The position numbers and the translations under genes were made by a program. From positions 55,502-119,501 of the forward strand of contig CAZHER010000001.1 of NCBI GenBank assembly GCA_964532005.1: a stretch of DNA of 64,000 nucleotides, given 5' to 3'. The notes below the pieces were generated by a model. The model ran no database searches. It was not told the DNA's origin and saw only the letters and a program-made list of their open reading frames with translations. Source of the stretch: an uncultured Candidatus Saccharibacteria bacterium. Its GTDB lineage: Bacteria; Patescibacteriota; Doudnabacteria; UBA920. This document shows, one piece after another, positions 1-7,770 of this stretch (position 1 is the stretch's first letter; each line of letters begins with the position of its first letter).

Positions 1-51
1 AGAGCAAAGTATGGAATAAACAAAGCATCGGATACAGGAGAGGTTAACACT

Positions 52-2691
52 TTGTATGTGATCCCGTTTTTGGGTTATGCCAGCTATTTGGTCCCTGGAA
101 CTACAAACGACGCAGCCTATTTCCCACCTAAAATCCCTGAGATAAGAGTAAAAGTATATGCAAACACTGATGCGGGTAGAGCAGCGTATTTAGCAGATAA
201 AGACAAACCACCAGAGGATAGTGACAACCAAGGAGGCACAAGTACCGCAGCCACTGGCGGCTCAGCAATTGGTGATATAATCAATCAATTTGTTACGATA
301 CAAATTCTGATATTTACCCGAATTATTTACTGGCTGTTTGCAAATGTTTTGGCCCCGTTGATTGAAGCTTTACTGCAAGTCCACCCATACAAAGACATTT
401 TTGTTGAGGTTATTTATTTAGGTTGGCAGTTGATCCGCAACCTTTGTAACATATTCTTTATTGTTGTTTTGCTTGTAATCGGTCTAGGAACTTTGTTCCG
501 GGTAGAAAACTATAATTATAAGCATTTGTTGGTTAAGGTTGTTATAGCAGCTTTGTTAGTCAACTTTAGCTTGGTATTTGGTCAAGCTATTCTAGGTGTT
601 GCCGATACAGTGCAAGCACAGTTTTTACCCGACAGTGCCAATGTTATTCGCGCTTTGGGCAGCAAGCTCATGGTAGATCCGATAAATACTCTTACTCAAG
701 ATGAAAATTTTAGAGTAGGAAACTCAACGAGCGCTGGGGCGTCTTTTGCCAATATCGCCCGTCCAATGTTTGCTTTTGCTTTGGCTTTAGGTGCATTTTT
801 TGCATTTATTGCTATTGCAGCATTTTTAGTGATTCGGTTAGTGGCTTTGTGGGTGTTGCTTTTGGTATCCCCAATTGCTTATGTGGCAAACATACTTCCA
901 ATGACCAGCAATTACGGCAAAGAGTGGTGGAATAAGTTTTTAAAATATGCTTTTATGACCCCTGTGCTGGCATTTTTCTTGAATTTAGCCGCTGTGTTTG
1001 CCACCACATTTTTAAAGGACCAAGCAAGCTTTCAGAAATTGATGAGCGCACAGAATGTTGAAGGAACTATTAGCGAGTTTGTTTTTCTTGCCGGTAGCCA
1101 AATTTTGGTAATTCTGTTTATTCTAGTGGGTCTAAAAGCTGCCGCCAGTTCAGGTACCTATGGTGCCGCTGCAGTTACAGAATTTGCCGAGAAAGGGATG
1201 AAGAAGCCGTTTCAATGGGCTGGTAGCAAAGCTTTGGCAGGGACCAAAGCCGGAGCTGAAAGAGGATTTGAGGCCATACAGAATAGAGCTGGAATTACCT
1301 TAGATCCGCGGTTGTTAAAAAAAGCTGGTTCAGAATATTTTGCCGAGCAAAAAGCAAAGCGCTTGCAAGCCAGAGCCACGCGTAATTTTATGGGTATGAA
1401 GCACGGCCCCAAACTAGGAGATGCTAAAAGTAATTTTGAAGCTTATGCCAATTGGCGCGGGTTCAAAAGAGCTGTTTCGAGCGGTCCTTTGGGTTGGCGC
1501 GGTGCTGGGTATTACCAAAAAAAATATAACGAGGCTTCACCTTATGCCAGCCTAAAGACCGATGCAGAAAGAAAGCTCATGACAGATAAACGTTTTTATA
1601 ATAATAAAGCTTTGAAAAATAGAGAACCAGACAAACAACGATTGGAAATAGAGCTTAAAACTGCTGAATCGGACTATAATGCAAATCCCAAAGATGATGC
1701 TAAAAGAGCAGCGTTCGAAGATAAGCAAAACGAGTACAAGCAGTTTATGAGAACCAAGATCAATCCGTTGACTGAAGAAAATGAAAAAATAACAGCTGAA
1801 TTGGACAAAGACGAGCAATTAAAAAAAGATCTTATTGACCCAAGGACAAAACAAAAAGGGATTGCGAGTTGGGATGACGATATGCAAAAAGAGTGGCGCG
1901 AAAAAAAGGAATCTTACGACAAAAAAATTACTGAAAGAAAAAGGCCGGAAGGCTATGCAGCTATTGCTGCTCACCACCACTTATTGAGCGATGAAGAAAA
2001 GAAAATTTCTCATATTGACGACTCCGATCGCTTAGTGCAGTTGTATAAAGATGCGTTTGCTCAAGGGGATAGATATAAAGCAGAAGCAGTACTTCACAAA
2101 CTTGCTAAAGATACCAATTTTAACGAAATTACCACAGAACTATATGGCGGGATGAGCAGGGATCATAGCAAAAGACTTTTTGAAGATTTTGGGGAGCATT
2201 TTGGAGTAGATGAACATGGGGTTTTAGAACTGGCTTCGGAAGTTGGGTATATAAATGAAGGGGTTAATATGTATAATGGCGCGCGTTTAACTACCGTGGA
2301 TAAGCATGGTCATATGAAATGGGCAGAAAAACAACAACATGAAGCTGCCATAGAAGCCCAAATGAAAAAGGTTGAGCCGCAAGGACAAGCTAGGAATTTT
2401 TGGCGAGGATCTTTTGTGGATGAGCAGCAAAACGACAAGGGCGGTAAAGATTTTACATTGCACGGTGCAGGTATCAAAATTCTTGAAGATTCATTGTCAA
2501 AAGGAGCAGGTTTGAGAGGCGTAGCCGAACGTATGCAAGAATATAACAGAAATGCTATTGCAAAAGCCATCAGAGACGAAGTAGAAAAAAATCCAGCCGC
2601 AGCACGTGAAAGTGTTAAAAAGCTATACAACAATAAAGATTTAATGAGAGCTCTAGAAATGGGTAAATATGATTCTAATGTTTCCAAATAA
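52..2691 (+). CDS. VirB6/TrbL-like polytopic membrane protein with a ~500-aa K/E/D-rich C-terminal extension; may be 5'-truncated by the window edge
   Basis: The N-terminal ~350 aa hold 6-7 predicted hydrophobic helices, as in TrbL/VirB6 proteins. It lies immediately upstream of PrgI-like and VirB4 genes. The reading frame is open upstream of the TTG at 52 to position 1, with a GGAGAGG RBS at 37-43. Confidence 0.55.
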   Translation: MYVIPFLGYASYLVPGTTNDAAYFPPKIPEIRVKVYANTDAGRAAYLADKDKPPEDSDNQGGTSTAATGGSAIGDIINQFVTIQILIFTRIIYWLFANVLAPLIEALLQVHPYKDIFVEVIYLGWQLIRNLCNIFFIVVLLVIGLGTLFRVENYNYKHLLVKVVIAALLVNFSLVFGQAILGVADTVQAQFLPDSANVIRALGSKLMVDPINTLTQDENFRVGNSTSAGASFANIARPMFAFALALGAFFAFIAIAAFLVIRLVALWVLLLVSPIAYVANILPMTSNYGKEWWNKFLKYAFMTPVLAFFLNLAAVFATTFLKDQASFQKLMSAQNVEGTISEFVFLAGSQILVILFILVGLKAAASSGTYGAAAVTEFAEKGMKKPFQWAGSKALAGTKAGAERGFEAIQNRAGITLDPRLLKKAGSEYFAEQKAKRLQARATRNFMGMKHGPKLGDAKSNFEAYANWRGFKRAVSSGPLGWRGAGYYQKKYNEASPYASLKTDAERKLMTDKRFYNNKALKNREPDKQRLEIELKTAESDYNANPKDDAKRAAFEDKQNEYKQFMRTKINPLTEENEKITAELDKDEQLKKDLIDPRTKQKGIASWDDDMQKEWREKKESYDKKITERKRPEGYAAIAAHHHLLSDEEKKISHIDDSDRLVQLYKDAFAQGDRYKAEAVLHKLAKDTNFNEITTELYGGMSRDHSKRLFEDFGEHFGVDEHGVLELASEVGYINEGVNMYNGARLTTVDKHGHMKWAEKQQHEAAIEAQMKKVEPQGQARNFWRGSFVDEQQNDKGGKDFTLHGAGIKILEDSLSKGAGLRGVAERMQEYNRNAIAKAIRDEVEKNPAAARESVKKLYNNKDLMRALEMGKYDSNVSK

Positions 2692-2701
2692 GATATTGTA
2701 A

Positions 2702-4000
2702 ATGGCTTTAGATTTAACAGCACAATCTACAAAGGAATTTGTTCTTGAAAGGATCAAGGATGCTATTGAGTATGATGATCAGCAAGCTGCCGGAGAGGTG
2801 TTGAAAATTTTTCGGGAAGAAATGGTTGGGCAGTTGAGCAGGGTCGAAGCAGATCCAGAGTTATATAATTTATATAGGCAGTCGTGGATCACCGCTCAAT
2901 TTATCAAGTTATCCAGTATTCCCGAAGATGAGTTTTTCGATTTGATAAAAGAACACTTAATAGATGGGTTGAAGTTAAAAGATTACGATATAGTCGAGAA
3001 GATCGGTTTAAGAATATCTTTTATCCAAATTGAGGAAGATCAAGTAGTTTTTATGGAAAATCTTCTGGAGATAATACAGAAGAATAGCGGCGTTTTGGGT
3101 AGTAATAATTTGAAGTTAGGTGGTCGTACAGTTTTACCCACTATTGCAAACTGGTTATTGGACTACGACAATTACCCCTCGCAGTCAGCGCAAAAGTCAG
3201 ATTATGAGCAAATTGCCTATTTAAGTAAAAGCCCAAATGTCGCCGCGCTTTCCGATGAAGAAAAAAGGATTTTAATGGACATTCTTGACTGTTATGATTC
3301 ATTAAGAAATCTTTTAGCATATTATAAAAAATTGCCGGAAGTTGAGGATGATGAGATAAAGCCAGAAGATTTGCATTTGTATTACCCCGGAGCAATTTTC
3401 GTGGATGATTTAGAGAGCAACGGGCCTGCTGGTCCCGTAGAAAGTAGTACGAAAACAGGTGCTGAGACTGTTAAACCTGTTCCTGCTGTTGTACCCAAAA
3501 TAGAAACTCCGGCACCAAAATATCAACCCCCACTTGAACCTAAGCCAGCAGTGAAGCAGGACAGCTATGTTTTAGAAAAAACAGAGCCAAAACCCGAGCC
3601 TGCAAAAAGCGTGGCCGAACAAGTAAAAGAAGCGGTAGAGAAAAATGAGTATAAAGCGCCAGCAAGACCGTTGTTAAATATTCAGGATTTTTTGAACGAG
3701 CGGCATAATAAAAATAACAACCGGGGCGGTTTGGTGTTCGACGCCGCCGCGGTTCCAGTTTCGGGTTCGCATCAATCTGAAAAGCCCAAAGTCCCTCTTA
3801 CGTCAAAATCAGAACCCACACCAACTAATCCCAAAGTTAGTACAGAACCTGCTTTGCCAAAGGTCCCAGAAAATTTGCCAGTCAAAGCAGAATTAGCAAG
3901 AGCCTCTGCCACTCAACCATCAGCAGTTTCCAATCAGTCAGGCAAAACAGAAGAAATAGCAAAAAAATTAGAAGAGCTGAGAAAGCGCAAGAAAACATAA
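2702..4000 (+). CDS. hypothetical protein with a Pro/Lys/Glu-rich low-complexity C-terminal half, T4SS-associated
   Basis: Long ORF tightly linked between the VirB6-like and VirB4 genes. PEPKPAVK-type proline-rich repeats. No recognisable catalytic motifs. Confidence 0.5.
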   Translation: MALDLTAQSTKEFVLERIKDAIEYDDQQAAGEVLKIFREEMVGQLSRVEADPELYNLYRQSWITAQFIKLSSIPEDEFFDLIKEHLIDGLKLKDYDIVEKIGLRISFIQIEEDQVVFMENLLEIIQKNSGVLGSNNLKLGGRTVLPTIANWLLDYDNYPSQSAQKSDYEQIAYLSKSPNVAALSDEEKRILMDILDCYDSLRNLLAYYKKLPEVEDDEIKPEDLHLYYPGAIFVDDLESNGPAGPVESSTKTGAETVKPVPAVVPKIETPAPKYQPPLEPKPAVKQDSYVLEKTEPKPEPAKSVAEQVKEAVEKNEYKAPARPLLNIQDFLNERHNKNNNRGGLVFDAAAVPVSGSHQSEKPKVPLTSKSEPTPTNPKVSTEPALPKVPENLPVKAELARASATQPSAVSNQSGKTEEIAKKLEELRKRKKT

Positions 4001-4003
4001 AAT

Positions 4004-4762
4004 ATGCAGCCTCAACAAGCAGAGCGACTTAAAAGAATGATTAGCACTTCCACTATCCTGTCTCAGCAGGAAAAACAAGAGTGGATGGATTTGCTAATAG
4101 TGATGAACGACAAGCAAGTTTCGGAATTGGAAACTATTTTGACTGCGCCAGAAGAGCAAAAATCCAATTTGAGCCATATTTCAAATCTACCTTCTTCTGT
4201 TGCCCAAACAGTTTTAAAATCAAGTCCCGTACCAGTAGCCAAATATCCTTTATCTAAGCCGAGAATTGTAAAACCAACAGCGTTTAAAGATTGGGAAGCT
4301 AAATTAAGAAGAACTTTGCAGGAAAAAGAGTTGAGTTCCGGGCCAGATGAGAAAACTTTACCAGCACACGTGTTAGGCAATGCAATCCCCACCAAACGAG
4401 AAATAACTCAACCTAGATCCCAGGAAGCAACCCCTTTGCACAAGAGCGCTTTAGTTCATACGGAGCCAACAGTAAAAATAGTTGAACCTAAAGATGTTCA
4501 GAATTTGAATGTGGCGACTATGAAAGCAATGGGATCTCAACTAAACGAAGTGCTGAAAAAAGCTGTTTTGGCCTCAAATTATTTTGAAGTTTTATTTTAT
4601 TTAGAGAAAAGCCCCCTATATCAGGCATATTTGGCAACAGGACGGGAAGCCCTGAAAGATCCGGCTAATACTTTTCCTGCAACTTTGGATGGTAAACAGC
4701 TTTTGACAAAAGCTGAATTTGAAGCTTTTTCTGACCTGTTAAAATCGATGCAAACGGGGTAG
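4004..4762 (+). CDS. hypothetical protein, T4SS-associated
   Basis: ORF starts 4 nt after the previous stop. No motif recognised. Confidence 0.45.
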   Translation: MQPQQAERLKRMISTSTILSQQEKQEWMDLLIVMNDKQVSELETILTAPEEQKSNLSHISNLPSSVAQTVLKSSPVPVAKYPLSKPRIVKPTAFKDWEAKLRRTLQEKELSSGPDEKTLPAHVLGNAIPTKREITQPRSQEATPLHKSALVHTEPTVKIVEPKDVQNLNVATMKAMGSQLNEVLKKAVLASNYFEVLFYLEKSPLYQAYLATGREALKDPANTFPATLDGKQLLTKAEFEAFSDLLKSMQTG

Positions 4763-4788
4763 TTTTATGGTATAATTGAGGGGAAGAT

Positions 4789-5247
4789 ATGCAATATAAT
4801 GTTCCCCAATTTACTGATGTAGAAGACAAGCTGGTAGCCGGCTTGGGATTTAAGCAGTTTGGGATCTTGTTCGGAGTAGGGGTCCTGATGTTTTTAACTT
4901 GGAACATTACAAAAAGCGTAGCTTTGCTAATTATTGTTGGCGTATTTTTAGGACTTCCTGCTTTGGCCATAGTGTTTATTAAGGTTAACGGGCGTCCTTT
5001 ATACAATTCGTTGTTTGCCTTGGCAGGTTCCGCTTTTGAAGCAAAACATTTTGTTTTTCACAAGCAGGGCATGACGTTGGCCGAAAATAAAGAGACTGCG
5101 GTAATTAAAGAAGAGACGCCAGCCCAAGCCACTGGCACGGCAATGGTAAGAATAAAACAGCTAAATTATTTGTTACAGCAACAAGCATCAGAAGAACAAC
5201 TGCTCATTCAACATATAGCAGATGGAAACAAAACAAAAGAAACATAA
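4789..5247 (+). CDS. PrgI/TcpE-family (VirB3-like) small membrane protein
   Basis: About 150 aa with two adjacent TM helices (GILFGVGVLMFLTW... LLIIVGVFLGLPALAIVFI) directly upstream of VirB4. It has the size, topology and position of PrgI/VirB3. RBS GAGGGGA sits upstream of the ATG. Confidence 0.55.
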   Translation: MQYNVPQFTDVEDKLVAGLGFKQFGILFGVGVLMFLTWNITKSVALLIIVGVFLGLPALAIVFIKVNGRPLYNSLFALAGSAFEAKHFVFHKQGMTLAENKETAVIKEETPAQATGTAMVRIKQLNYLLQQQASEEQLLIQHIADGNKTKET

Positions 5248-5911
5248 TAAATCCGTAAATCCGACCCAGTCGTTTTTACGTACCAAAGAGATCAAAGGGG
5301 ACACCATGATCATGGATGACGGTACTTTGCGTGCTGTTTTAGCCGTGTCCTCAACTAATTTTGATCTGAAAAGTCAGAGCGAGCAAGATGCACTAATTTT
5401 TGCGTACCAAAGATTTTTAAATTCATTAGACTTTTCCATTCAAATATTAATGCAAAGCAGGCGAATGGATATCGCCAGTTATACCGAAAAGATTAAGGAT
5501 ATAATGGAGAAACAAACCAATGAATTGCTTCGGATGCAAACCGCAGAATATATTGAATTCGTTAACCGCTTGGTGGAAACTGGAAATATCATGAACAAGA
5601 ATTTTTATTGCATTATTTCGTATAATGAAAGTATTGGATCTGACAAGGTGGGGTTTTTTGCATCGTTATTTACTAAAAGCCGAGCCAAGGCCATTGCCCA
5701 AAGAGAAGCCAATTTTGAACACCATAAAGCAATGTTGGAAGAACGGGTGACCAGCGTTTCCAGCAATCTCAATGGCATGGGCTTGCGTGCTGTGAAACTC
5801 AACACAGAGCAGATAATAGAGTTGATTTATAACTCATATAATTTTGAATCAGCTCCACAGATCGATGCCAGCCAGCTGGAAAATGTCACTTTAACAGAAG
5901 AAACAAAATAA
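5222..5911 (+). CDS. VirB4/TrbE-family N-terminal domain, encoded as a separate ORF (split VirB4)
   Basis: The segment DGTLRAVLAVSSTNFDLKSQSEQDALIFAYQRFLNSLDFSIQI resembles the N-terminal region of VirB4/TraC/TrbE. Its stop lies 1 nt before the ATG of the ATPase ORF, in a different frame. Confidence 0.55.
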   Translation: METKQKKHNKSVNPTQSFLRTKEIKGDTMIMDDGTLRAVLAVSSTNFDLKSQSEQDALIFAYQRFLNSLDFSIQILMQSRRMDIASYTEKIKDIMEKQTNELLRMQTAEYIEFVNRLVETGNIMNKNFYCIISYNESIGSDKVGFFASLFTKSRAKAIAQREANFEHHKAMLEERVTSVSSNLNGMGLRAVKLNTEQIIELIYNSYNFESAPQIDASQLENVTLTEETK

Positions 5912-5912
5912 A

Positions 5913-7754
5913 ATGGGATTATTTGATTTAAACGAAGAACAATTAAAGAAAAAGAAAGAAGAGCTGGGAAAGCTGAAGGGAACTCTGGATGAGAATGCCC
6001 GTCTGGCTGAAGTGGAAAAGAACTACCGAGAAGGGCTCACTACGTTAAAAGATCTACTGGCCCCTTCGGCTTTACATTTTGAAAGCAACAGGTTTCAGCT
6101 GAACAACAAGTATGCCAGAACTTTTTTCGTGCTCGCATATCCCAGAATGCTTTCTACTAACTGGCTGTCCTTTATTATCAACTCTGAGGGTGAGTTGGAT
6201 GTATCAATGTTTATTTACCCGATTGACTCAGCTGTTATTTTAAAAAAACTTAAGTCAAAAGTTGGAGAAATCGGTTCACAAATAAGCATAAACCAGGAAA
6301 AAGGAATGGTCAGGGATCCAATGCTGGAAACGGCGTATAAAGATGTCGAAAGCTTGCGCGATGACCTTTCGCAAGGCACAGAAAAATATTTCCGCTTCGC
6401 TTTATATTTCACTATTTATGCAGAAGATGAAAAGGAATTGGAGAAAAATTCTACAATCTTAGAAAGCTCCCTTGGCGCTAAACTTGTTGTCACCAAGAGG
6501 GCATTGTTTCAGACCGAGGCCGGGTTTAACTCCTCTTTACCTCTTGGGCTAGATGAATTGGACATTGCAAACAATTTAAATACCTCGCCGCTGTCCACAA
6601 CATTTCCCTTTGTATCTTCCGATTTAACAGGAAATGACGGAATTTTGTACGGAATAAACAGACACAACAACAGTTTGATTCTGTTTGATCGGTTTAAAAT
6701 GGAAAATGCGAACTTTGTTGTTTTTGCAAAATCTGGTGCTGGAAAATCATATGCTATTAAGCTCGAAGTTTTGCGTTCATTAATGGTAGGTACTGAAGTT
6801 ATTATAATTGACCCAGAAAATGAGTATAAGCATTTGTCCGACGCAGTGGGAGGCACCTACTTAGGAATTTCGCTAAACTCCGACTTCCGCATTAACCCTT
6901 TTGACCTGCCATCTGCAATAGAAGACGAAGATACCGCAGATATTTTACGCAGCGGCATTATTAACCTATTAGGCTTGTTTAACCTCATTCTAGGCAAGCT
7001 AGACCCTACAGAAGAGGCTCTGTTGGACAAGGCCCTATGGCAGACGTATGCTAAAAAAGACATCACTGAAGCTAGCGATTTACGCACTGTAGAGCCTCCT
7101 GTGATGGCAGATCTTATTGAAGTTTTGAACGATATAGTTGGGGCGGAAAGCTTGTCTCAGCGGTTGACCAAATTTACTGAGGGGACTTTTGCGGGACTGC
7201 TAAACCAACCAACTAATGTTACCTTAAACAATCAGTTGCTTACTTTTTCTATACGCGACTTGGAAGAAGAACTTCGCCCTATTGCTATGTATATTATTTT
7301 GGGGCATATATGGAACTTGGTTAGAAGCGAATTAAAGCGCCGAATTTTGGTTTTGGACGAAGCTTGGATTATGATGCAACACGAAGATTCCGCCAGGTTT
7401 GTATTTGGAATTGCCAAGAGATGTAGAAAGTATTATTTAGGACTGACCACCATAACCCAGGACGTAGCTGACTTTATGAGCAGCCCGTATGGTAAGCCGA
7501 TCGTGACGAACTCATCTATCCAGCTTCTATTAAAGCAAAGCCCGGCAGCTATCGAGGTTATTGCTGAAACATTTTTCCTAACCGAAGGAGAAAAATATTT
7601 GCTTCTGGAAAGCGAAGTCGGCGAAGGTATCTTCTTCGCCGGCCTAAAGCACGCCGCTATTAAAATATACGGCTCATACGTAGAGGACCAGATTATCACA
7701 ACAGATCCAAAACAGCTCTTGGAGATTAAGCAGAGCAAAGAAGAGGTAATTTAA
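5913..7754 (+). CDS. virB4: VirB4-like type IV secretion ATPase (C-terminal ATPase domain)
   Basis: Walker A FAKSGAGKSYAIK and Walker B RILVLDEAWIMMQ. Overall VirB4/TraE-like organisation. Confidence 0.8.
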   Translation: MGLFDLNEEQLKKKKEELGKLKGTLDENARLAEVEKNYREGLTTLKDLLAPSALHFESNRFQLNNKYARTFFVLAYPRMLSTNWLSFIINSEGELDVSMFIYPIDSAVILKKLKSKVGEIGSQISINQEKGMVRDPMLETAYKDVESLRDDLSQGTEKYFRFALYFTIYAEDEKELEKNSTILESSLGAKLVVTKRALFQTEAGFNSSLPLGLDELDIANNLNTSPLSTTFPFVSSDLTGNDGILYGINRHNNSLILFDRFKMENANFVVFAKSGAGKSYAIKLEVLRSLMVGTEVIIIDPENEYKHLSDAVGGTYLGISLNSDFRINPFDLPSAIEDEDTADILRSGIINLLGLFNLILGKLDPTEEALLDKALWQTYAKKDITEASDLRTVEPPVMADLIEVLNDIVGAESLSQRLTKFTEGTFAGLLNQPTNVTLNNQLLTFSIRDLEEELRPIAMYIILGHIWNLVRSELKRRILVLDEAWIMMQHEDSARFVFGIAKRCRKYYLGLTTITQDVADFMSSPYGKPIVTNSSIQLLLKQSPAAIEVIAETFFLTEGEKYLLLESEVGEGIFFAGLKHAAIKIYGSYVEDQIITTDPKQLLEIKQSKEEVI

Positions 7755-7770
7755 AAGGAAAGCCGCAGAC

